A stretch of DNA of 63,007 bases, counting the filler, from Choristocarpus tenellus KU-1152 (Eukaryota > Protista > Phaeophyceae), in NCBI GenBank assembly GCA_964200185.2. It is 8 parts of 8 records of this genome, joined end to end, with 100 filler letters (N's around TTAATTAATTAA, not from the genome) between each part and the next. Parts side by side here need not be neighbours in the genome. Positions count along the whole stretch, not along the records: positions 38,957 to 52,024 come from CAXNAD020001597.1; positions 52,125 to 56,733 come from CAXNAD020013807.1; positions 56,834 to 59,975 come from CAXNAD020022019.1; 5 more parts are not named here. The stretch is one strand, 5' to 3'. The notes under the pieces are model-generated. The model was not told the origin of the DNA. It did not search any database and saw nothing but the letters and a program-made list of their open reading frames with translations. Of this stretch, positions 45,401 through 57,304 are shown in pieces. The first letter of the stretch is position 1. Each line of letters opens with the position of its first letter. Position numbers and translations under genes: made by a program.

Positions 45401-48400
45401 CTATATCAAGACTTGGGATACTACATATTCTTTTACAGGTACCAATTTGACAACTCCTGTATACTACTCCGCAGCTCTGCATCCCCTAGGGGACATTTAC
45501 CCGTGGATGAGAAAATCGAGTGAGCCAAAACATTTTAGAGGGTAGGGCCGCATCCGTTTGGGGTCAGGTATCTAATGCTGCGATCTTGATGAATTTTGGC
45601 TATCGTGTTTGTTAGCAAGTGCTCGTCATGACATGCCTGTCCTAATCGTATACATTTTAGGGTTAGGGTTAGTATTCACACAGAAAACTGAAAACGTGGC
45701 ATAAAAACTCTGTGGGAAGCCAAGCCCCAAATGGACAAACATAGCAAAACTCCTACCCTATTAAGTGCTATGGGTCAGTATGGAAAACTCTGAAGTAGGT
45801 TCGAGAAAGTTTAAAATGACAAGATGCTTACCTTGAGCTCCTCAAGGAAGCCGTTGATATTTCCAAGCAGAGACTTCTTAACACTGTCCCAGCTGCGATC
45901 CTTGTCTCTCACCTTTCCCGACTGTTTACTCACCACCACATTGGGACTCATGTTTGCAAGGAGAACCTGGGCAAGAGTATGAGCTCAAGTGTGAGTATCT
46001 TGACCACGCACAATGCTACTGTCTACACGAGGAAGATGTGCAACGAGAGGAAAGAAATAACTAATGTGCTCTGAAACACTCAGAGGACACAGCAGCAAGA
46101 TGGTTCCAAACTATTGTGTACGACACTGCCCGGTGCAACCACATACAATCGCACTGTGCAGATACTCTGCATGGCAATGGACAAAACACACCTTTTCAAG
46201 GTCTAGAGTGCAAAGAACTATAGTGCTCACCATCACAGCAATGAATACATCGCCAACACCAGCAGGTGGAACATTCATTGTTTTGCACTGTCCCAGCTCC
46301 TTCTTGTCCAGCGTGTCAAGAGCACTCATTGCGGCAATCACTGCGGGCTCTGCTTTGGCCAGGTCAGTCTCTGCGTCGGCCTGCTTGCCAGACACCTCTG
46401 CCTGGATGACTTCCACTTTCTCAGCCTCCACATTAGCATTTTCAGTCTCTCGTTCCACCCCTTCCTTTTCTGTCCGTACCTGCAGGTGACGGTACCACGG
46501 AATTTCAAGTTCCACAAAATTTAAGGTGGGTCTAGCCAGTCTCATCTGTCGCAGGGCAGCAACAGCATACATATTGTTCTATGCAACTCGGCATGCACTA
46601 CTGTGCATTGGTTTGCAGGAGCAATGCCAAGTATGTGAGGGAGTAGTACCTTATCGGCCATCTTGTCAGCCTGGGCCCGCTTTTCCTCTGCTGCTGATAG
46701 CATCACCTGTATGATGTGGCATAAGGTAAGGTATCCATCTATATTCAGAGACGAATACACTGTTGGGGAGTATTTGCAGATGTTTTTACCTGTAGTACCA
46801 TCAAAGTCTCACTTTCCCCGTGTCAAATGAAAGGAATGATGTCGCTCATAGCTCAGAGTAAGTATGTTTTACTCAGCATGGCCCACCTGATGTCCCAAAT
46901 GTGATGACTTGATAGTCCAACCTTGCTTTGGACCGCGTCACTTGTAGTGTGGTGTAGAGCATCAGTATCATCTTTGCGCACAACTGAGTACAAAGGAGCT
47001 TAATACTAGAATCCTTCCGAGCTTACCAATAATATAAAAAGAAATGTAGTGGTAGAAAAGGTCAAGCATACGTCTCAAGAGTCATGTTGTAACTGGCTGG
47101 GAGAGGGTCAGAACTCCACCTTTAGGTTATCTTCCAGATTAGCAACTGCTTCTGCAGACTCTTCCAGCTTGATAACACCTCCTGCTAGACGCCTAATGGC
47201 CTCTTTGGACTCGCTGTGTTTCCTCTCTAGGAGAGATATAAAAAGTTTGAGGAGCTCCAAGTAGGACTTGGGTGTTGTATACACAAAACGACCTTCAGTG
47301 GAGAGAAACTGCAGAAGGGTTAAATGCACAGGTGGGATCAGTCAAAGTATGTTAGAGGGTAGAACCTCGTCCATTTCGGGGTCAAAATCCAATGTTGTAA
47401 TTTTGATGTAATTTTGGCTATCGTATTTGTTAGGTGATGTCAAATCTTTGTTCTGGACACTCCTTTTCATAATGTATACATTTTCCTACTCTGAACCATT
47501 TTGGAGCAGGAAAAATGTCATTAAATACCTGTGGGAAGCCAAGCCCCAAATGGACAAACAGGGAAAAACTCGTACCCTAACCCTAAGATACTTTCACTCG
47601 TATGTAGAACAATTTGGAAGTTAGGAAGGATAGAAAGTGCAGAAGAGTTAAATGCACAGGTGAGATATACAACAACTTGCAAGCTAGCAAGGACAGAAAG
47701 CGCAGAAGAGTAAAAGCACAAGTGAGATCTACAACAAATTACAAGCTAGCAGGGGCAACGCATACTTGTCAAGCAAGATTCAAAGGAGAGTAAAACAAGC
47801 TCAAGAGGGACAAGTGCGGATAAATGTAACAACATAAGTGCTACAACGAGTAGACTTGAAGGGAGTGCGTGTGTGTGTTGTCCATGCTGGGAACATACCT
47901 TCTTACACATTGAGTTGACACCCTCAAAACTGCTTATCATAAATTGCTCCACACCTTCCCTGATGCCATCCCCACCAATGTGCTGACTCTTTGCCAGAAA
48001 ACGTTGGCCTACAGTGGCTAGTGCCTCTTTGGGCCATGGTTGGAACCAGTCTATAACCGTGCAAGAGACCAGTGCCGGAAACTTCCGAGCTCTACTTCGG
48101 AACTCAGGCCTCATAGGGGAGAAGCACAGTATCACGTGGAGCTTCTGCCTGACCTGGGTGGTAGGATTCAAGAGCGCGGCCTGTGACATTGTTGTGTGGG
48201 ACATTGAGGGGACCAAGCTTGCAAGACCGACTTTGGATTTGTGCAGGTTCTCATAACACATTATTTGAATAACGAAACTGCCAGTGGTGTCACTTAAGCT
48301 TTTAATGTAGTCCTCTGGACACCTTGACACCACACCTGTGATGAACTCCATCAAGCACTGCACCTGTTTGATGAAGTATTCCCAGCAAACTGGTGGGTCT

Positions 48401-51175
48401 GGGATAAGCCCCTCGGCCTTGACCTTTTCAGCAACAGACTCTGCTATTGCCTGCTGCTCGTCCTTGGTGTAGAGGTCTGGGATGTGGCCAGAACTTAGCA
48501 AGTCGTTTAGATACACCTTTAGGTTGGGGAGGGGATGGTGGAAGGAGGTATTGGAGCACCTGAGAACAAACAGCAAGGGTGGAAGGTATTCCACAATCTC
48601 TACATATTGGGTGCTAGTAAGGCAAATTGAAATATGAATCTGATACAGAAAACAATGAAATGTGCCACAAGCACATCCTTTAAATCAAGCACTGAGACAT
48701 TGTATCAATAGCCACAATCCGCCAATACCTTAACATTTATCAAATGTGGGACAGTGGATTTGATTGATGTGGTTGCAAGAGTGTCAAAATGCACACATCA
48801 AATGCCACTTATAAAACAGAGTTTCACAGTAGAGCTTGGAAATGGATGCTGCAGTAATATTCTTTGAGCAAATGTAGAGATTGCTTTGGCACAGTGAAAT
48901 TATTCAAAACGATTGGGATCCAGTAGTTTGGATAGACCCAGTTTTTTTTGGAAGCGGCTTGTGCTCCTAAGTACCTCTGCCTCACCAAGAAGCGCTCCTG
49001 AACAATTTGGTTGTCTGTAAAGAGGAATGCCACGTTCTGACCCTTCACTCCAGCGCTTGAGGACATAGCCTGAATGGAAATGTATGTTGTGTAAATGATA
49101 TCAAGTCAGCTGTGTAGTGCTCAGTTTTGTATGATACCTTCAATGCATGGCACATCCTACATTCAAGGAAAACTATGTTGCAAAGGAGTACCACTACTAT
49201 GCAGAAGTCATTCCGTGGGTGTATTGTATATTGACCAGAACAAGATATATACTATAGCACACAGCTGCAATGTGCGCTGTTGTAATATTTTCGTAAAGCT
49301 ACACCACGCGGGAATTGACTTCATCATTAGGTCAAGGAGGTTTTGCAAATCATCTCTAATGTACAAGGATTGAACCTGAAGGGTGCAGGGCGGACAGCGG
49401 ATTCGTACATTTCTCTAAGCAGAATTGTATTCATCTGATTGATTATAGTATATTAAGAATTGCCTTCTCATCGATCAGGAACAGAAACAGAAGTAAATAC
49501 AAGTTTGCATTATTCCTTTCCGGCTAAAAGCCTCACTGTGCCAGGCGAATTGTTCTTATACAGTTTATCCATCTTCGAAGTAATGCAGAGTAGTTGGTAC
49601 AATGTTAGTGGTGGATGGTCAACCCATCACCCCAACCTGTAGGTCGGTCTTGAAATCGTTGATGCTGTAGCCCTTGGTGATGACGATTGTTACCAGGGAA
49701 CACTCCGCCATGAAAACAGCTAGCTTTGCCAGTGACTGTTTGCCGCTGCCTCCCACGCCAACAAGCATTGCGTGTCCGCCAGTCTGCTGCAAGATACGGC
49801 TGACCCTTGCTACATGAAGGCATGCCTGCATAAAAATCGAAGGTTGCACAGAGGGCTTGTAGAAACCTCTTGACAACTAATACACTGCCCAGGCAAAGGG
49901 GATGCTCAACATGTTCTTGTACCACTCCAAGAAACCATAGAGTGGCCATAGTTAACCCTAACCTAACCCTCTAGGGGATGCAGCATTGGTTGAGTAGACT
50001 AAGGAGGTGGGTGGTACCATAAATGTGAAAGAAACACAAACCCTTGTTTCTTCGTACTTAGGGGAGACTCAAAGTAAGCCAGAGGTACCAAGGTTTTGGC
50101 CGTTTTGCATTTTAAACCAGTTTTTCAATCTTGCGCGATTCGCCCATATTTTTATCGATGAAGTGCTGAGTTTGACTTGAGAGCATTGATTTCTCTATTG
50201 TTTGAGACTTTTGGACAGAATTCAGAAAAGATCCTCCATGCACTTGTCAAAAAAAGCCAAATTTTGGACATCTGTCAGCATCCATCCATAAAATGCAACT
50301 CTGGGTACCTACCTCTTGTTTGCTTTGAGTCAGAGCTACAATACACATTTTGTTCTGAAGATCGGGCTAGATTAATCAACAGCAGACCACCCCCACTAAT
50401 TCCAAATCGAGTACTTTGTATTGGAGCACAACGAAGAACAGGTCCCTCTACTAGCTTACCTCGTCAAACAGAACCAAGTCCATGACTGGGTTCATAGTGT
50501 TGTAGTCTGCTAGTGTACGCTCCAGCGTATCCCTGCACATTCGTTGCACAAGCCACTGTTGTGAGCACCCGGTTGTATCTAGAATATCAATATCTTTGAA
50601 GGTTTCTAGTGTGTTGACTAATGTTTTGATGAAGGATATCAGAGGGTTGAATATGGGTATAGCTGTAGCAATGTGCGTTCAACCTTGACATCAAATCTGT
50701 GTAGCTGCTTCTGCCTCAACAGCCCATGGTATCCTACAGGGAGATGGGTGCGGTAGACTCATCCACTTAGGGCTTAATGGGGTGTTGTAAGATACCCCGT
50801 TTTTGATGCCCGTTTTTGATGCCCGTTTTGCAGGTGAATTCCCTTCAGATTTGGTCCAGGTAGGGGGATGGAAAAGGAAGGTGGGCTCAGAGGAAGAAGA
50901 TTTCTGTTACATCTGACACGCTCACTCAGACGACATGAAGAATCACTACAGAGTCACACAGGCTCTGAATTGTTGCCTGACCTCCCCCCCCCAAAGATAC
51001 TACGGGTGCAATCGCACATTGTCTCTTACCTCAACATATCAAAGGAATCAACTTTGACATATTCCCCTTCCGTGTTGTAACTGAAGATCAAGGGCTGACT
51101 AGCCCCGGTGTTGCCTCCACCCGGTCCGTCCATGTAAAAACGCGAAGTGCTGTACTGGGGGAATGCCTTCTTGGC
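39434..51175 (-). CDS. Axonemal dynein heavy chain (probably outer-arm type), 18 internal exons covering AAA4, stalk/MTBD, AAA5 and the start of AAA6
   Basis: Exons 51030-51175, 50460-50532, 49637-49825 (P-loop GVGGSGKQSL), 48986-49069, 48364-48516, 47899-48153 (CFSP, IDWFQPWP), 47120-47308 (YTTPKSYLEL), 46650-46706, 46231-46479, 45832-45966, 44766-45014, 44109-44612 (RWPLIIDPQLQ), 43131-43571 (GLEDQLL), 42718-42864, 42220-42366, 41914-42048, 41641-41766, 40540-40757, 39848-40290 and 39434-39657 (ISMGQGQE, WLMLQNVHL). This is 20 blocks counting the two insertion exons. All GT-AG, in phase and stop-free. Partial at both ends. Confidence 0.96.
40993..41275. mobile_element. MITE family D (dynein intron)
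   Basis: gactcaaagtatcctaga...tctaggatactttggccg, TSD tat/tat. Single copy in the window. Confidence 0.75.
45522..45776. mobile_element. MITE family B (dynein intron) with an internal TTAGGG run
   Basis: Family B core, TSD agt/agt. Confidence 0.85.
47339..47599. mobile_element. MITE family B (dynein intron) with (CCCTAA)2 in the right TIR
   Basis: Family B core and TIRs. Confidence 0.88.
50066..50331. mobile_element. MITE family C (~260 bp, dynein intron)
   Basis: gactcaaagtaagccagaggtacc...acctcttgtttgctttgagtc, homologous to 54246-54505 and 54636-54892. Confidence 0.85.
50722..51008. mobile_element. MITE family E, with a second partial copy at 38957-39197
   Basis: Shared core ggatggaaaag.aaggtg...ttacatctga.ac..tcactcagacgaca...ggctctgaat, ending ...gatacta.gg like the other families. 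Confidence 0.7.
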
Positions 51176-51272
51176 CTGAGAGGATATTATACTCTTATAC
51201 CTTCTAATGTCTTCCCGGCTAGCCTACAAGAGAGCAAAAGGAGGCGCGAATGAAGCATTTCGGCATGGCACT

Positions 51273-51571
51273 GGTCTAAGAATTTCAGAGGGTAGGAGTT
51301 TGTTTACCCCTGTTTGTCCGTTTGGGGCTTGGCTTCCCACAGGTTTTTTTCTGACCTTCTTTCGATCTTTCTGTGTGAACACAGTTACGTGCTCTCATGA
51401 AACATTTTGGAGTAGGTAAAATGTACATGGCCATGAAAGGTGTGTCTGGGGCAAGGATATTGGTGCTCACTGACAAACACGATATACATAGCCAAAATCA
51501 CAACATAACCGCGACACTGGAATATATGACCCCGAACTGACGCTACCCTACCCTCTGAAATGCTTTGGGTC
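51273..51571. mobile_element. MITE family B, diverged copy
   Basis: agagggtaggagtttg...ctaccctctgaaatgctttgggtc. Confidence 0.75.
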
Positions 51572-51701
51572 TCTCTTCAACCCTACTCTCGTCCTGAAAA
51601 AAAAAGAAAGAAGAAAATATGTGTTATGCAAAGAGCGAGTTCAGCGAGAGAGACCCTTGGGAGCACAACAAGCAGGAACGGAATGTACGGGGACTGGCCT
51701 G

Positions 51702-51918
51702 AAGTGGAAGTATGTTAGGGTTAGGGTACGAGTTCTGTCCTGTTTGTCCGTTTGGGTCTTGACTTCCCACGGATTCTTTTATGACGTTTTCCTATTTCAA
51801 AATGTTTAGGAGTAGGTAAAAGGTATACGTTACGAACGAGGTGTGTCCAGAACATGGATATTGACACTTCCAAACAAACATGATAGCCAAAACTACATCA
51901 AAATCGTAACATCGAATT
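51702..51918. mobile_element. MITE family B, interrupted by a family A copy at the contig end
   Basis: Family B core with (TTAGGG)2 in the TIR, followed directly by ggtcaaagtatctgggg. Confidence 0.8.
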
Positions 51919-52689
51919 GGGTCAAAGTATCTGGGGGGGGGGGGGGGGGGGGTAGGGGCCACAATTTTTCCCCTTTTTTTTGTTTTTTTTTTTTTTTGGG
52001 GGGTTTTGTGCGCGGGTGTGGATTNNNNNNNNNNNNNNNNNNNNNNNNNNNNNNNNNNNNNNNNNNNNTTAATTAATTAANNNNNNNNNNNNNNNNNNNN
52101 NNNNNNNNNNNNNNNNNNNNNNNNCCCCCCCCAGATACTTTGGGTCTCAGGCAAGAGCCCAGATGTTGGTTGGTGATCAGAAGGTAGAGGTGTCTTCTAA
52201 TTATACCCTCAATTGCTATGAGGCTTGACTCATGTTGCATCAAGAAAGTCCAAATTTGGTGACATTGATTGGATTCTGCAGGGAGGCATGAATTGAAACA
52301 CCCCTAGTTTCACAAGTTCTTCCACCTAGTTGATGTCCACTCAAGTTGTATCTTTACTCACAGTGAACTTGCTGCTAAATGTACTGGGGGTAGACTGGGG
52401 GTAGAGAATGGGCAACTGACAGCACTATCACATATGCGGGAGGAACTTTTGATGTGGACTTGCTATGGAGGATGACGTAGATGAGTATGATAGATAGAAT
52501 ATGCTTTACAATGAATGTTGCATTAAAGACATTGCATTCGCCAAAGTGTGCTTGACAAGCAAGTGGGGGGGTGGACAGTGAGGAGGAGCAGGAAGGAGTT
52601 GATACATCACAACTGGAAGTCAATCCAACATCTATTAGATTGATAGGCACACACACACAAATGTAAATGTATGTTAAATAGTATTATTT

Positions 52690-54110
52690 GAATAAGCTTG
52701 CCCGCCTTCTCAGTCTTTTCCTTGCTATGATGGGGAATTTTTTAGAGGTTGTCCCCCTTGAACCCCAGCACTTCCTCATAGGATGCGAAGAGGCTCTGCC
52801 AGACACACTCTGGTGTCTCACGGGGGTACATGTTAAACACCTCCATTGTGGCCTCCACCAGCTCCTCTGTGTTGGTCACCCTCATGTCTTCCCTCAGTTG
52901 CTGGATGGAGTGAAAGAATCCCAGGTCATTGACATTGAGGTCAGGTGAGTTGGTTGGATGGGTCTCTATGACAATGTCGTCCCCTGCTGCCTCCTTGATT
53001 ACCTTCGTGATCCTCCTGTTCCTGTTGGTGTTTGACTTTGCTATGTCCTGCTGCAAGAAGATGGTGTGTCCTTCCGGCCTAGGTATGTGGGCCTTGATTG
53101 CTGGGATGACATCCTCGATCATGAGCTTCTTACGCCTCACCCCATCCACCATGGCAGGCACAAGCACCTTGGTGCCCTTAGGGCAGTGTTTGCTGGAGCA
53201 CTGAGTGACCTTAGTGTCCATGATTGGCCAGATCCCGATTTTCCCGTCGAACCATACCCCATTGGAGAGCTACCTAGGGTGGGCCACAGCTGCAAGGAAC
53301 ATTACCTTCGTAATGCAACACTTATTCTGTGCCCATGGAGGTTTGTGGGGGTCCTCAGTGGGGTGCACGTACACACCTTGCCTATCTTTGAGGATGTAAA
53401 ACCACTTCTCGTCCACATGCACCCAGTCATACAGATCGTCTACTAATACCCCACTTCCCTCCCTCCTCTATGTGTGTGGCTAATGACAAAACCCCGTGTT
53501 GACTTTCTGTCGATCTGAGAGGACTGGCTTAATCCATCGCTTGACCTTCACCTTCTTGTGCTTGCACAGATCCCATATCAAGGCAAGGGAGATCCCAGCT
53601 TTGGTCACCCATCTGTAGAAGGATGTGCAGTGTACCGATGGGACATCCCAAATGTTGAGGATACTTGTATGGCGGGCACATCACCCCTTGTGACATCGTA
53701 CAAGGTCAATGCATTCACCTCGTGCAATCTGGCTGTCTTGCTCCTTGAGATGACGGAACATGGTGATTCAGGAAATTCCAAAGTCCTCTGTGATGACTGC
53801 CGCCATTCCCTGAGCCATCCGAGTCTCGAACCCTCTCACCTCCAGGCATTGTGCACCACCACACTGTTGCTCATCATGGTGTTTGAGTCTGGACCCCAGA
53901 CAGACTTCTGGGGTGAAGAATTGGGACTGACAAGCAACGACAGGATGAGTGAGCCGCTCGAACAATGTGGGACCTTCGTCCTAGGTATCCCAATAAACAG
54001 CCACTTAGACAATTTCACGAGGCTTTTGAACCCCGTCAAAGGCAACTTGGTCTACTTTGCACTGGTGATCCCCCACAGTCATGAAAGCCCGCCACCTCAG
54101 CCTTTGCACG
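52690..54110 (-). mobile_element. Degenerate mariner-like (Tc1/mariner, DD39D plant-MLE type) transposase
   Basis: Motifs WIKPVLSD (~53530), WVHVDEKWFY (~53410), ITKVMFLAAVAQPR, WFDGKIGIWP, QQD...PTNSPDLNVNDLGFFHSIQ. There are exactly 39 residues between the 2nd and 3rd catalytic Asp. In-frame stop at ~53270 plus frameshifts. TIRs not identified. Confidence 0.9.
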
Positions 54111-54245
54111 CCTCCCAATCTCTATGAGAACTAAGCCTCGTCCCGAGGGTTTATTACGTGGATCATTCCCGGGTGAGAACGGAGCTTGCAAAAGTTATGT
54201 TACATTTAATTTCGAACATAGTTTTATAGTGTACGATGTGGAACT

Positions 54246-54505
54246 GAGTCAAAGTAAACCAGAGGTACACGGGTTTTGACCATTTTGCGGTTTAAGCCAG
54301 TTTTTTAATTTTTTTGTAATTCACCCATATTTCTATAGAAGAAGTGCTAAGATTGACTTCAGAGTGTTGATTTCTCTTTTGTTCAAGACTCTTTTTATAT
54401 AATTAAGAAAATATCCTAAACCCATTTGTAAAAATGTCGAATTTTGCACACACGTGTCAGGATCCTTAATATGCATCGCTGGCTACCTCTCGTTTACTTT
54501 CACTC
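54246..54505. mobile_element. MITE family C
   Basis: gagtcaaagtaaaccagaggtac...tacctctcgtttactttcactc, TSD act/act. Confidence 0.88.
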
Positions 54506-54635
54506 ACTCTAAAACCCGACTTGTATGTACCAGCTCACAAACCCTGCTCACCTCGATGCGACACACACATAGGATCCTCATGTAAAATCTTGCTTCGAAA
54601 TTGGAGTCATCATGGGGATATAAGATAGCAATCAT

Positions 54636-54892
54636 GAGTCGAAATAAATGAGAGGTACCCAGGTTTTTAGAGTTTTGCATGTTAAGCCAGTTTATCAATC
54701 TTTTGCAATTCACCCATGTTTCTTTGGATGAAGTGCTAAGTTTGAGTTGAGAAAGCTGATTCCTCTATTTTTTGAAACTTGTCTACAGAATTCAGAAAAT
54801 ATCCTATACCTATCTGAAAAAAAGTCGAATTTGCACAAATTTGTCAGCATTCTTAAAATGCAACTCTGGATACCTCTCGTATGCTATAACTC
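54636..54892. mobile_element. MITE family C
   Basis: gagtcgaaataaatgagaggtacc...gatacctctcgtatgctataactc, TSD cat/cat. Confidence 0.88.
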
Positions 54893-55681
54893 CATTTGCT
54901 GTCAGGGGGAAGGAGGGGGGGGGAAGGTGCAACGAGGGTTCGAGAAGAACTACTATTGGAGATGCAGATTATGTGTGAGAATTTCCTGTTTCTCCAATTG
55001 TACACCTAGTAGTCGCTGCTCCATGATATAAAGGTAGGGATTACTTTGTGGCATACACACATCACATACATGCCAACTAGCATATCTAAGCAAAATTGAA
55101 ACTTCGGGCCGAGAGATAGGGTCAAGAAAAACAGTACAGAAACTTATAGAGGGGGTAGTGTACGTACATGAGGTCAATGTTTTCATAGGGTCCTGCCCTG
55201 TGAGTCAATGTTAAAGATAAGAGGTTGGAGGGGGGGGGGAGGTGATGCACCCATGAGCTGCTCATATGAGTCTCTTAGGTGGTGATAATGAATCTCGTTG
55301 CAATTGGAATCAACATCAGCAAAGCAAAAAATTGCGGACACCACACGCATAACTATCCAAGTGCCTTTTCATTATTATTACCCTCGAGATCATAATGTAT
55401 ATATAATGTGTTGACCCTTATTCAACCAATTCCATCAAGTACCTGGTAAAACATCCCCACCCCCAGTCATGGCTCAACTGTCAACTAACAGAGACTCTCC
55501 GAGGATAGAACTAAGTGTGGAACCCTCCTGCATGTACTACAGTAGTGTATGTCAAAGTTTCAATAATAAAGTTCAACCATTGTCTTTCCTTTCCGGGTAC
55601 TTCAAAGTGGTATATTTTACCGGGTGGGCAACATCATGCATAAATTGATAAATGATATGGCCTTTTTTTTGGTGAAGGAAA

Positions 55682-55940
55682 GAGGGAAAGTATGTTAGAG
55701 GGTACGAGCTTTGCCCTGTTTGTCCATTTGGGACTTGGCTTCCCATGGGTTTTTTTATGACATTTTCCTACTCCAAAATATTTAGGAGTTGGGAAAATGT
55801 ATACGTTATAAAAAGGTGTGTCCGGAACATGGATATTGACACTTCCTAACAAACACGATACCCACAATTACATCAAAATTTTAACATTGGACTTTGGCCC
55901 CCAAATGCATGCGGCTCTACCCTCTAAGATACTTTGGCTC
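55682..55940. mobile_element. MITE family B
   Basis: gagggaaagtatgttagagggtac...ctaccctctaagatactttggctc. Confidence 0.88.
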
Positions 55941-57127
55941 GAATGATCCAGCATATAGATACATCTTCCCGCTGGTGAGTATCAGTCAGATAGATGTGGC
56001 ACTTCTGTGAGCTAGCAGTAAACCAGATTTCCCTTCCTTTGAGTTTGTTAATATTTTTTTCATCTACGGTAGGAAGGAAAAAGTCGCCCCATATATGTGT
56101 CCAAAATGATGTGCATGAAGATTCCACCTTTCGACGAATAGAGCTTTCCTTTATTATTCTTAGTAATGTGATGCACTCTTAAATACCCAAATGCTTTAGG
56201 GTTGTGGCTAATCAAGAATTATATTTTTTTGGTTTATGGAAAACTTGCCTCGTAATACTACTTCATACGGTTCCAGTATATACCTTTGCAGTAATGTGAT
56301 AGCATCATTCCACATTTAATTGTCATATTTTGAATGGTAATAGTGTTTGTGATGGTGATGATGGTGGTGGTCATGACTACAATGTAAGCATGTTAGTCAT
56401 ACCATATGACGACTAGTGACCAGGTGCTTGACTGTTGACCTCTGCTTATGTCGGGATTCCCGTCAAATCTAGAAAGGACTGGAAAACTATGTACATATGC
56501 ATATCACAAATCACACCTAGGTTAGAAAAAAATAGTACTTCGAAGTAGTTTTTTTCGGGGCGGTGTTTCATCGTCATTATGGAAGTTTGACTGAGAAAAA
56601 GAAGAGAAGAAGTGTTATTTTCCCATATTATTAAATTGTTTATCAATTATTGCTATCGTCGCCAGGTAGAAGAAGAAGCTAACATTGAGTGCATATAAGT
56701 AATGTCACCATATGATGGTCGACCTCTTGTATGNNNNNNNNNNNNNNNNNNNNNNNNNNNNNNNNNNNNNNNNNNNNTTAATTAATTAANNNNNNNNNNN
56801 NNNNNNNNNNNNNNNNNNNNNNNNNNNNNNNNNAAAAAAAACCAAAAAAAAAAAAAAAAAAGACAGAGTGGGAGCGTGGGGGGGGGGGGGGGGGGGGGGC
56901 GGGGGATGAGAGGGGCACCTAGGTTCATGTTACTGTTCTCATTCCAGCCTGTGCATAATACAAAAAAATATCATGCTGTGCTCACACCATCGCAGGCGTG
57001 CTCTTTACCGGTACAGCGATGGCATCAACCGGTCAGATTCCTGACAAATTAGCACTACTGGGTAGTAGTACTCATTCATTACCTCTGCTCACACGGCAAG
57101 GCCCCATTTCAGCACCCCCATTGAAAA

Positions 57128-57166
<39 letters not shown>

Positions 57167-57304
57167 GAAAACATTTCTTGTCTACTTCGAAAAGGTCAGG
57201 GTTAGGGTCGGCAAAAACCAAACCGCAACAGACACCGTAACATAAACCATACATAAAAAAGAGCCCTCTCCTCCCCCCCCTCCCCCCCCCCCCTTCCTTC
57301 TCAC

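Noticed and set aside
43237-48256. Plus-strand ORFs overlapping the dynein exons (and 8592-9071 antisense to the C9orf85-like gene)
   Set aside because: These are antisense shadows of real exons with no independent coding signal.
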